Shown here piece by piece: positions 36,712 to 45,646 of a stretch of DNA of 64,000 nucleotides; position 1 is the first letter of the stretch; each line of letters begins with the position of its first letter. Under the pieces are notes generated by a model. That model did not search any database and was not told the origin of the DNA. It worked only from the letters and a program-made list of their open reading frames with translations. The DNA is from Patescibacteria group bacterium (GTDB lineage: Bacteria; Patescibacteriota; Patescibacteriia; UBA2591; JAQUPP01), in contig JAQUPP010000001.1 in the NCBI GenBank assembly GCA_028716665.1, positions 477,046 to 541,045 of the forward strand, read 5' to 3'. Made by a program: the position numbers and the translations under genes.

Positions 36712-39129
36712 ATGAAAAAACAATTTAAAATTTTATCAATTCTAGCTATTTGTGTGATATTAAATTTTGTATTAATTAAACAAGCTTGTGCTGAAACTGA
36801 AGTTTCGGGTAATATCACGACGGATACTACTTGGACGTTGGCAAATAGTCCTTATATTGTAACTGCCACTGCGCAGGTTTTGGGAGGCGTTAGGCTTACG
36901 ATTGAACCAGGGGCTACGATTAAGTTTAATGAAGGTACGGGGTTAAATGTTGGCGGAGAGTTAATAGCGAGAGGAACTCAAATAAATATTATTAATTTTA
37001 TGCCCAATCAAAGTCTAAATTGGGGTGGAGTTAAATTTTTAGACTCAAGTATAGACGCTGTTTTTGACGAAAATGGAAATTATAAAAACGGAAGTATTAT
37101 AGAATATAGCAATATAGAAAAAGCAGGATATTATTCTACTGTAGTTGGGAAGAGGTATGCTATTGATATTGATAGTGCTTCCCCCTTTATTAGCAAAAAT
37201 ACAATAGTCGACAATCTCTCTGAAGCTATTTGGGCTATGCATTCTTTTGCTCAAATTACAAATAATGTTATTAGCAATAATACGGCTGGGATAACCATTA
37301 TTTATGATTCGCCCACAATCAAAAATAATAAAATATTTAGCAATAATAACTCAGGAATCCATTTTTATAATGGAGCAAATCCTATTATTACTTCAAACAG
37401 TATATACGACAATAATTATGGGATTTCTACTTGTTTATATCCCAATCCACCAAAGATAAATAATAATAATATTTTTAGCAATAATTATAATATTTTTTTA
37501 CAAAATTGTGGTGTATTCAGCGAGATAGACATGACTAAAAATTGGTGGGGGACAACAGACATTTCTTCTATTAATTCAAAAATTTATGATTATTATGATG
37601 ATATTTCTTTGGGTAAAGTAAATTATGAACCTTATGGCCTATCTGAACTAAAATTCGACGGAACAGATGCATTTAGTTCCGCACCTATAGTCGCTTGTAC
37701 ATCTTTTGTATATAGCGACTGGTCTACTTGCCAATCTAATGGCATACAAACCAGAACCGTAATTTCATCTTCCCCCTCTAGTTGTACAGGCGGTAATCCA
37801 GTGTTGACACAATCCTGCACATATACTTCGCCGACTTGTACTTCTTGGACATACTCAGACTGGAGCACCTGCTCCACTGATGGCCAACAAAGAAGAACAG
37901 TTGTTTCTTCTTTCCCTCTCGACTGTATTGGCGGTAATCCTATATTAACTCAGTCTTGTATTTATATTCCGTCAACCTGTATTTCATGGATTTATTCCGA
38001 TTGGTCTGTTTGTCAATCTAATAATATGCAAAATAGGTCTATAATTTATTCTTCTCCAAGTGGTTGCTCTAATGGAAATCCAATATTGACTCAATCTTGC
38101 ACATATATTTATACTCCACCAACTTGTACTTCGTGGACATATTCTAATTGGAGTGCTTGTATTAATAATCAACAAAGCAGAACAATGATATCGTCACAGC
38201 CTACAAGCTGTATTGGCGGTAATCCTATATTAATACAAACTTGTAGTCTTACACCAGCCTGTTCAGAAAACGACTGGACGTCTATTCTAACTCCAACGGC
38301 CTGTCCAAATAACAGTCAACAAACAAAAACATGGTATAAAATAGGACAATGCCAAGAAGGGGTTACTCATCCATCTACAGAAACAATTAGTTGTAATTAT
38401 CAAGCACTTACTTGTACTGATTTCATATACAATGATTGGAGTGCGTGCGGTTTAAGCGGTGTGCAATCAAGGACAGTATTTTCTTCTTCTCCAGCAAATT
38501 GTATAGGTGGAAATCCCATATTAAATCAAACCTGTACTTATATTCCTACCTGTATAGCTAATAATTGGTCTTGTGGTAATTGGTCTAGTTGTTCTTCAAA
38601 TGGTACTCAAACTAGAATATGCAATAAAATTTTAAATTGCGATGGAGGCGTATTGTCGCCTGCAACTACACAATCATGTATTTATACATCGCCAGAAAAA
38701 CAAGAAAATATCGGTTCACTTTCGGACGGAACATTGGCCAGAATAAAAGGTACGGCCGGTGTTTATTTAATCTATAATAACCAAAAACGCCCCATTAAGA
38801 GCGCTGCGGTATTTCTGGGCAGAGGTTATAAATGGAAAAATATAATTGACGTTGATGCGAATATATTAAATGTTTATCCTACGGGCTCAGAATTAACAAT
38901 TTCAGAAGCAATAAATATAGTGCCAAAAAATCAAGGTATTAAAATAAAGATTAATGTCCCAAGTTTGCGAGTCAGAAGTTTACCTAATGCGAGTGGAAAA
39001 ATTATTACTTCAGTTAAGAGCGGAAAAGAATATCAAGTGATTGAAGAACAAACCGGTTGGTATAAAATAAATTATAGTGTTAATAAAACAGGCTGGATAA
39101 TGAGCCAATATACTAAAATAATTAAATAG
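36712..39129 (+). CDS. Secreted protein: parallel beta-helix, about seven TSP1-like Cys/Trp repeats, CPR repeat, SH3b
   Basis: Signal peptide; 'WTLANSPY', 'I.NN.I..N' repeats; 47-aa 'C.SW.YS.WS.C...Q.R...C.GGNP.L.QSC' repeats; 'LRVRSLP...GWYKI...GW'. Confidence 0.85.
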   Translation: MKKQFKILSILAICVILNFVLIKQACAETEVSGNITTDTTWTLANSPYIVTATAQVLGGVRLTIEPGATIKFNEGTGLNVGGELIARGTQINIINFMPNQSLNWGGVKFLDSSIDAVFDENGNYKNGSIIEYSNIEKAGYYSTVVGKRYAIDIDSASPFISKNTIVDNLSEAIWAMHSFAQITNNVISNNTAGITIIYDSPTIKNNKIFSNNNSGIHFYNGANPIITSNSIYDNNYGISTCLYPNPPKINNNNIFSNNYNIFLQNCGVFSEIDMTKNWWGTTDISSINSKIYDYYDDISLGKVNYEPYGLSELKFDGTDAFSSAPIVACTSFVYSDWSTCQSNGIQTRTVISSSPSSCTGGNPVLTQSCTYTSPTCTSWTYSDWSTCSTDGQQRRTVVSSFPLDCIGGNPILTQSCIYIPSTCISWIYSDWSVCQSNNMQNRSIIYSSPSGCSNGNPILTQSCTYIYTPPTCTSWTYSNWSACINNQQSRTMISSQPTSCIGGNPILIQTCSLTPACSENDWTSILTPTACPNNSQQTKTWYKIGQCQEGVTHPSTETISCNYQALTCTDFIYNDWSACGLSGVQSRTVFSSSPANCIGGNPILNQTCTYIPTCIANNWSCGNWSSCSSNGTQTRICNKILNCDGGVLSPATTQSCIYTSPEKQENIGSLSDGTLARIKGTAGVYLIYNNQKRPIKSAAVFLGRGYKWKNIIDVDANILNVYPTGSELTISEAINIVPKNQGIKIKINVPSLRVRSLPNASGKIITSVKSGKEYQVIEEQTGWYKINYSVNKTGWIMSQYTKIIK

Positions 39130-39444
39130 ATAACTATCCGGAATATAAATTTTATCCACGCCTCAAATCCGAAGAGGGTTTGTATAAAAAAATAGTTTAG
39201 TTCACGGAAGCGCCTTCGTTCCTCGACAAGCTCGGGACTTCGGCTTCTTCTAATTTTAAATTGATTTTATTCAGAGATTTGAAGCGGGATTCTCAAGGTT
39301 ATAGCAAAAATTGCTTCATTTTTTTGAACTCGCAATTTTTGATAACCTTGGAAAGTTTTCCACAAGGGGATTTGACTTTTACTAAATACCTGCTACAATG
39401 ATATGAACTAATACCAATTAACTCGGTGTTTTTTTAATTTATTT

Positions 39445-39903
39445 ATGACATTTTTCTTAACGCCTGAAGGGCGAAAAAAAATTGAACAAGAATTGGAAGA
39501 ATTAAGAAGCGTAAGAAGGCCGCAAGTTGCGGACCGGATTCGTGCTGCCAAAGAATTGGGGGATTTAAGTGAAAATGCGGAATATACGACAGCCAAAGAA
39601 GAACAGGGATGGATTGAAAATGAAATAATAAGATTGGAAAATTTATTGAGAAATGTTGAAATTATAGATAACCACCAGAAAAATAAAGATGTGGTCAGAA
39701 TAGGTTCAACGGTTAAAATTAAAATTAAAGATGATTTTAAGACCTTTATGATTGTGGACAGCGAAGAATCTGATCCGGCGCAAGGCAGAATTTCCTATGA
39801 ATCTCCTATGGGACAAGCTCTTTTAAATAAGAGACTTAATGAAAAAATTGAATTTCAGGTTCCAAGCGGTTCTACAACTTTTACGATTATTGAAATTAAA
39901 TAA
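39445..39903 (+). CDS. greA: Transcription elongation factor GreA
   Basis: 'LT.EG..K...EL', 'GDLSENAEY', 'IS.ESP.G.AL'. Confidence 0.97.
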   Translation: MTFFLTPEGRKKIEQELEELRSVRRPQVADRIRAAKELGDLSENAEYTTAKEEQGWIENEIIRLENLLRNVEIIDNHQKNKDVVRIGSTVKIKIKDDFKTFMIVDSEESDPAQGRISYESPMGQALLNKRLNEKIEFQVPSGSTTFTIIEIK

Positions 39904-39920
39904 AATAATTATTTATCAAT

Positions 39921-39949
39921 AAAAAAGACCTTCTCAAAAGGTCTTTTTT
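39921..39949 (+). terminator. Intrinsic terminator
   Basis: AAAAAAGACCTT-ctcaa-AAGGTCTTTTTT. Confidence 0.75.
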
Positions 39950-40011
39950 AATTGTGGATAACATTTTATAAATATGCTATAATGATATAAGTGATAAAAA
40001 GGAGGTGAAAA

Positions 40012-40272
40012 ATGAAGGAACCATTGAGATTTAATTACTTTTCGAGTATGATAATAATCATATTCGGGGTAACAATATTGATGGGAGTATTTTACCTTAT
40101 CGGTTTTGGACTTTGCCAAATTGCAGTTATCCCAAGCATAGTAACTCAATGTCTCGGATTTGAGATAATGAGTTGTTTTATGCCGATGTTGGTTGGCGAT
40201 TTGGCAGTATGTGTGGTTTTGGCAATCTGGTTTGCTTATTGGTATGTTAACATTTTAATCTGGGGTTCCTAA
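40012..40272 (+). CDS. Small hydrophobic membrane protein (ORFan-like)
   Basis: TG-C-TATAAT promoter, AAGGAGGT SD, own terminator at 40273-40303. Confidence 0.7.
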   Translation: MKEPLRFNYFSSMIIIIFGVTILMGVFYLIGFGLCQIAVIPSIVTQCLGFEIMSCFMPMLVGDLAVCVVLAIWFAYWYVNILIWGS

Positions 40273-40381
40273 AATAGGGCTTCTGTAAAAACAGAGCCCT
40301 ATTAATTTAACAACAATATTAGGGGATTGTTTATTTTTAAAATAATGTTATAATTATTTTATTAAATTTAGTCGCAAATCT

Positions 40382-41848
40382 ATGATTAACGAAGAACAAT
40401 CAAGAATAGAAAAATTAGAAAAAATCAAATCAAGCCAAGTCAATCCATATCCGGCTTTATCCGAGAGGTCTCATACTGTAAAACAAGCGATTGATGATTT
40501 TGATAAATTATCGGAAAAAGAAACTTTGGTAATCTTGGTTGGACGTTTGGTTTTATTGCGTCTGCATGGTAAGGCGTGTTTTGCCAATTTGGAAGATGGA
40601 ACGGGCCGTTTTCAGATTTTTTTCGCCCAAGACAATGTTGGAGAAAAAGAATATCAATTCTTTACGGAAAATATTGATGTCGGAGATTTTTTGGAAATAA
40701 AGGGTCATCTTTTTATTACCAAAAGAGGCGAAAAAACCATTAAAGCGACAAGTTGGAAACTTTTATCCAAGGCTCTTCTACCGCTTCCGGAAAAATGGCA
40801 CGGTTTGTCTGATGTGGAAACCAGATATCGCCAAAGATATTTGGATTTAATCGCCAATCAAGAAGTAAAAGATATTTTCGTTAAACGGACAAAAATGATA
40901 AAATTAATCAGAGATTTTTTCAATCTCCGAGATTATATGGAAGTCAGCACGCCTGTTCTCCAAGGAATAGCCGGCGGAGCAATTGCCCGACCGTTTGTCA
41001 CTCATAATCACGCTTTGGATATTGATTTATATTTAAGAATTGCGCCCGAACTTTATTTAAAAAGATTGATTATCGGCGGATTTGAAAGAGTTTATGAAAT
41101 TGCCAAATGTTTTCGCAATGAGGGCATTGATGCTTCTCATAATCCCGAATTTACTCAAATAGAATTTTATCAATCATATGCCGATTATAATGTTCTGATG
41201 AGACTAACCGAAGAATTATTTGAATATTTATTATCAAATTTGGAAGGAAAATTAACCATTGAATATCAAAATAATACTTTGAATTTCAAATCGCCTTATC
41301 CGCGATTGGAATTCAGACAAGCGATTAAAAATGAAACAGGTCTTGATATTGAAGAATATCGAGATTTAAAAGGATTGATTGAACAAGTGAAAAAACTTGG
41401 CATAACAGTTGAAAAATCATGGGATAGAGGCAAAATTTTGGACGAACTTTTTAAAGAGCGCGTCAGGCCAAAACTCATTAATCCAACTTTTTTAATTCAT
41501 CACCCGATTGAACTTTCACCCTTGGCCAAAAAATGTCCGGATAATCCGAATTATGTGGAAAGATTTCAATTATTGGTGGCCGGAATGGAAATTTGCAATG
41601 CTTTTTCCGAATTAAACGATCCTTTGGATCAAGAATCAAGATTTAATGAGCAAGATAAATTACGCGAAAAAGGGGATCAAGAAGCACAAGGTCTTGATGA
41701 AGATTTTGTTAAAGCTTTAAAATACGGCATGCCGCCTACAGCCGGCGAAGGAATTGGCATTGATCGTTTAGCTCTTATTTTAACCAATACTTGCAACATT
41801 CGGGAAGTAATTTTGTTTCCAATTTTGCGACCTAAGTCGGAAAAATAA
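40382..41848 (+). CDS. lysS: Lysine--tRNA ligase (class II)
   Basis: 'PLPEKWHGL.D.ETRYRQRYLDL', 'YLRIAPELYLKRL', 'YGMPPTAG.GIGIDRL'. Confidence 0.98.
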   Translation: MINEEQSRIEKLEKIKSSQVNPYPALSERSHTVKQAIDDFDKLSEKETLVILVGRLVLLRLHGKACFANLEDGTGRFQIFFAQDNVGEKEYQFFTENIDVGDFLEIKGHLFITKRGEKTIKATSWKLLSKALLPLPEKWHGLSDVETRYRQRYLDLIANQEVKDIFVKRTKMIKLIRDFFNLRDYMEVSTPVLQGIAGGAIARPFVTHNHALDIDLYLRIAPELYLKRLIIGGFERVYEIAKCFRNEGIDASHNPEFTQIEFYQSYADYNVLMRLTEELFEYLLSNLEGKLTIEYQNNTLNFKSPYPRLEFRQAIKNETGLDIEEYRDLKGLIEQVKKLGITVEKSWDRGKILDELFKERVRPKLINPTFLIHHPIELSPLAKKCPDNPNYVERFQLLVAGMEICNAFSELNDPLDQESRFNEQDKLREKGDQEAQGLDEDFVKALKYGMPPTAGEGIGIDRLALILTNTCNIREVILFPILRPKSEK

Positions 41849-41875
41849 TCCGTTAATTGAGTAATTTAATTCATT

Positions 41876-43204
41876 ATGTTAGATATTAAATTCATCAGAG
41901 AAAATAAAGAAAAAATCAAGCAGAATATTATTAATCGGAAAATGGATCCGCAAAAAGCTGATGTGGATGCGTTATTGGAATTGGACGAAGAATACAGAAA
42001 AAAATTAACAGAAGTGGAAAATATTCGCGCTGAGAGAAATAATTTAACTGCAGGCAAGGATGAGGCGATAAGGGCCAAAGGAAAAGAATTGAAAGAAAAA
42101 TTAAAAACCACCGAAGAATCCCTTGAAGAAATTAAAACTAAAATGGACAAATTGGCTGTTTGGATTCCGAATTTAATGAGTGAAGACACGCCGATCGGCA
42201 AGAGCGAAGACGATAATATTGATGTCAGAGTTTGGACGCCGGAAAAAGGATATTTGGATAAATCTTTACTGGGAAAGGGATTTGAAGTCGCCACCCAGAT
42301 GCCAAAATCTGATTTTCCGGGCAAAGATCATATTGAATTGGGCAAGGATTTGGATATTATTGATGTGGAACAAAGCGCCCTGACTTCAGGTTCAAGATTT
42401 TGTTACTTGAAAAAAGAAGCGGTTATTTTGCAATTCGCGATTATTGATTTGTTATTCAAAGAACTTTTAAGAAGAAATTTTATGCCCATGGTTGTGCCTT
42501 TAATGGTCAGAGAAAGAGTTCTTTTCGGCACCAGTCATTTTCCGGAAGGATATGATCAGGTTTACAAAATCAGCGATGAAAACGTGGAAGATAAAAATAA
42601 ATTATTTTTAGTCGGTTCTTCCGAGCCTTCTCTTTTCGGTTATGGAATGGACAAAAGATTTTCAGAAAAAGATATGCCTTTTAAAATGTGTTCTTTGTCT
42701 TCTTGTTTCAGAAGCGAAGTCGGTTCTTGGGGAAAAGACGTTCGCGGAATAAAAAGAGTCCATCAATTTGATAAATTGGAAATGGATGTTATTTGTCTCC
42801 CCGAACAAGCAGATGAAATTTTTGAAGAATTGGTGTCTATTAACGAATGGCTGTTGCAACAACTTAAAATGCCTTATCGGGTGATTCAGAAATGCACCGG
42901 TGATGCCGGTTATGCGGCCAGCCACAAGCAATATGATGTTGAAACTTGGAGAATAGCGGCTAATGAATTTATGGAAACAATGACTGATACCAATGCGACT
43001 GATTTTCAAGCCAGAAGATTGAATATCCGTTATCAAAAAAATAATAATGAAAAAGGATATTGTTATACTGTTAATGATACGGGCGTGGCCTTGGGAAGAA
43101 TGATTTTGGCCGTTCTGGAAAATTATCAGCAAAAAGACGGATCAATCTTGATCCCCGAAGCTTTGCAAAAATATTGCGGTTTTTCAAAAATTGAAAAAAA
43201 GTAA
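41876..43204 (+). CDS. serS: Serine--tRNA ligase
   Basis: 'MLDIKFIREN', 'FRSE.GS.GKD.RGI.RVHQFDK', 'LENYQ..DGS..IPE.L'. Confidence 0.97.
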   Translation: MLDIKFIRENKEKIKQNIINRKMDPQKADVDALLELDEEYRKKLTEVENIRAERNNLTAGKDEAIRAKGKELKEKLKTTEESLEEIKTKMDKLAVWIPNLMSEDTPIGKSEDDNIDVRVWTPEKGYLDKSLLGKGFEVATQMPKSDFPGKDHIELGKDLDIIDVEQSALTSGSRFCYLKKEAVILQFAIIDLLFKELLRRNFMPMVVPLMVRERVLFGTSHFPEGYDQVYKISDENVEDKNKLFLVGSSEPSLFGYGMDKRFSEKDMPFKMCSLSSCFRSEVGSWGKDVRGIKRVHQFDKLEMDVICLPEQADEIFEELVSINEWLLQQLKMPYRVIQKCTGDAGYAASHKQYDVETWRIAANEFMETMTDTNATDFQARRLNIRYQKNNNEKGYCYTVNDTGVALGRMILAVLENYQQKDGSILIPEALQKYCGFSKIEKK

Positions 43205-43230
43205 ATATTGTATTTATAGATTTGTTAAAT

Positions 43231-43278
43231 AAAAAAATAAGGTGCCAGTTAAAATTTGAACTGGCACTTTATTTTTTT
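43231..43278. terminator. Bidirectional terminator
   Basis: A-run, GTGCCAGTT...AACTGGCAC stem, T-run between convergent genes. Confidence 0.75.
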
Positions 43279-43282
43279 ATCT

Positions 43283-43507
43283 CTAAGGTAATGAAGCCAA
43301 ACTTAAGTAAAATACGACCATACCACAAATGGATACTATATGGCTTATAATTGTGGTTTTGCTTATTGGTATGGGCTTATAATACTGAGGATATTTCTGT
43401 GTCATATAGTCATTATACGAATTACTACAATATGACGAAGCTGCTGTAAGTTGACCAAAAATAAACATTCCAAAGCCAACCCACACCAAAATCAATTTGA
43501 CTTCCAT
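43283..43507 (-). CDS. Small two-TM protein (ORFan-like)
   Basis: TTGACA-16 nt-TATAAT promoter (43588-43561) and AAGGAGG SD. Confidence 0.75.
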   Translation of the reverse strand: MEVKLILVWVGFGMFIFGQLTAASSYCSNSYNDYMTQKYPQYYKPIPISKTTIISHIVSICGMVVFYLSLASLP

Positions 43508-43637
43508 TTTTTCCTCCTTTGTAAAAAATCACTTTTTTAATGAGTAATCTTTATATTTAAATTATAGCAAAAATTTTATATTTGTCAAGTTATTTTTATA
43601 ATTTAAAAAGGACTGATTTTTTATATCAAGTCCTTTT

Positions 43638-44036
43638 TTATTTTTGTTCTTTTGGAGCCGGCAAAGCCTTTATAAAAGGATATCCGATGGTAATTAACAT
43701 TAAGAAATCACCCGGATAAGCCTTAGACATTTGGCGTAGAATTTCGAAACGTATTTTTTCTTCTTCCTTTCTACTCAAAAGTTTATATTTTTTTATATAA
43801 TCTTCCAAGCTCGATTTTAACTCCAGTTTGCATAATCTTCTATCCATTTCATCTACCTCTTTCTTCATGTCATCAATTAATTTACCCAACTGATCCATGG
43901 ATTCACCCAGTTGATCAAAAGGTTTTTTTATACTTGATAACCAATTACTGGAACGCCATAGAAATATGATTATGGCAATCGTAGCAGCTAAAGAAAGAAT
44001 CGGTTGAAGAAATCTAAAAATTTCAAGAACAATCAT
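43638..44036 (-). CDS. TM plus coiled-coil protein (ORFan-like)
   Basis: TTGACA-16 nt-TATAAT promoter (44083-44056), AAGGAGG SD, terminator at 43605-43638. Confidence 0.75.
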   Translation of the reverse strand: MIVLEIFRFLQPILSLAATIAIIIFLWRSSNWLSSIKKPFDQLGESMDQLGKLIDDMKKEVDEMDRRLCKLELKSSLEDYIKKYKLLSRKEEEKIRFEILRQMSKAYPGDFLMLITIGYPFIKALPAPKEQK

Positions 44037-44111
44037 TTTTCCTCCTTTTTAATTTATTATATCAAAAATTTTATACTTGTCAAATCGTTTATTTCTGATA
44101 AAATATACATC

Positions 44112-45305
44112 ATGCTCACTTGGATTGAAATTAAAAAACAAGCGATTAAACATAATCTTGGCCAATTCAGGAAAATTATCGGGCCGAAGGTGAAATTAAT
44201 GGCTGTGGTTAAAAGCAATGCTTACGGCCACGGAATAGTTGAAATAGCCAAAATTGCCTTAAAATCAGGGGCTAATTGGCTGGGGGTGGTTAATTTAGAC
44301 GAAGCGCTGATGCTTAGGCGGGCGAAAATCAAAGCCCCGATTTTTATTTTAAGCTACTGGCCCCTCACTTGCGGGCAAGAGAGAGACTACTGGGAAATGA
44401 TTGACCAAGTAAAAGAGGCGATTAAGCAAAATATTGATTTTCCTGTTTATACTTTTGAGCAAGCTGAATTTTTATCAAAAACCGCTAAAAGCATTAGAAA
44501 AAAAGTTAATATTCATATTAAAATTGATACCGGCGCGACCAGAATAGGCGTCTCAACCGAAGAAGCGGTTAATTTTATAAAAAGTATTAAGAATCTGCCA
44601 AATTTGAATATTGTCGGAATTTTTACTCATTACGCCGAATCAGAATCAAAAGATCAATCTTATACCAATCAACAAACGGAAAAATTTCAAAAAATATTAT
44701 CTTTGTTAAAATTTTTCGGCATTAAAATACCCTTGATTCACAGCGGTTGTTCGGCTTCAACAATTAATAATTCAAAAACATTTTTTAATTTGGTCAGAGT
44801 CGGCCTTGGCATGTACGGCCTTTATCCATCTGATTATACGAAAGTAAATGCTCAAAATAAAAAAAAATCCGCCCGAGGCGGATCGGCCTTGGGTCGAAAA
44901 GTTAAATTTGAACCGGCCTTATCATGGAAAACAAGAATTATTCAAATTAAAAATGTGCCTGCCGGAACTTTTGTCGGATATGACAGAACTTATCAAACAG
45001 ATAAAACGACAAAATTGGCTATTTTGCCAATCGGTTATTTCGACGGTTATGATCGCCATCTTTCAGACTGCGGCCAAGTTTTGATTCGCGGTAAATATTG
45101 CCCGATTCGCGGAAGAATTTGCATGAATTTAATAATGGTTGATGTCAGCAAAATACCTGACATCAAAGAAGGGGAAGAAGTGGTTTTAATCGGTAAACAA
45201 AATAAAAACGAAATTACAGTTGATGATTTGGCCAAGAAAATAGGCACTATCAATTACGAAGTAGTTTGCAGGATTAATTCATTAATTTTAAGAAAATATG
45301 TCTAA
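44112..45305 (+). CDS. alr: Alanine racemase
   Basis: PLP motif 'AVVKSNAYGHG', 'HIKIDTG..RIG', 'GYFDG', 'GRICM', 'GTINYE'; start at ATG 44112 (MLTWIEI). Confidence 0.96.
   Translation: MLTWIEIKKQAIKHNLGQFRKIIGPKVKLMAVVKSNAYGHGIVEIAKIALKSGANWLGVVNLDEALMLRRAKIKAPIFILSYWPLTCGQERDYWEMIDQVKEAIKQNIDFPVYTFEQAEFLSKTAKSIRKKVNIHIKIDTGATRIGVSTEEAVNFIKSIKNLPNLNIVGIFTHYAESESKDQSYTNQQTEKFQKILSLLKFFGIKIPLIHSGCSASTINNSKTFFNLVRVGLGMYGLYPSDYTKVNAQNKKKSARGGSALGRKVKFEPALSWKTRIIQIKNVPAGTFVGYDRTYQTDKTTKLAILPIGYFDGYDRHLSDCGQVLIRGKYCPIRGRICMNLIMVDVSKIPDIKEGEEVVLIGKQNKNEITVDDLAKKIGTINYEVVCRINSLILRKYV
44868..44897. repeat. 30-nt double-hairpin element in frame within alr
   Basis: TCCGCC-cga-GGCGGA TCGGCC-ttg-GGTCGA, encoding SARGGSALGR. 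Confidence 0.8.
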
Positions 45306-45576
45306 ACAAAATCAAAAATCGCTTAAATTGGAAATCTTGGAAAAATTATCTTCTTTAATTACAGCCGGTTTCGGTTTAGTGGCGGCCTTGGCTTGGAATG
45401 AAGTAATTCAAGATTTTTTTGCTACAATTTTTCCAAAACCAAATATGCTCTTGGGAAAATTTATTTATGCCGTTATTATTACTTTGATTATCGTTATTAT
45501 TACCGTGAAACTGGGCAATATTATAAGCAAGCTTAAAGAGGCGATTAGCGAGGAAGAGAAAAATGAACCCCGCTAG
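45298..45576 (+). CDS. DUF5654-like small membrane protein
   Basis: 'LITAGFGLVAALAWNEVIQ...FIYAVIIT'. Confidence 0.8.
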   Translation: MSKQNQKSLKLEILEKLSSLITAGFGLVAALAWNEVIQDFFATIFPKPNMLLGKFIYAVIITLIIVIITVKLGNIISKLKEAISEEEKNEPR

Positions 45577-45646
45577 AAATTTTTGTATTAGTAAGTTATT
45601 TAGCGGGTTATTTATGTAATAAATTTATGGCAATTTCTAACGGGGT
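45567..45646. mobile_element. MITE-like element with ACCCCG(C/T)TAGAA terminal inverted repeats, copy 2
   Basis: ACCCCGCTAGAAAT ... ATTTCTAACGGGGT; overlaps the upstream stop and the recJ start. Confidence 0.6.

Noticed and set aside
44004-44111. N-terminal extension of alr
   Set aside because: It overlaps the divergent cassette and promoters; Alr homology begins at MLTWIEI (44112).
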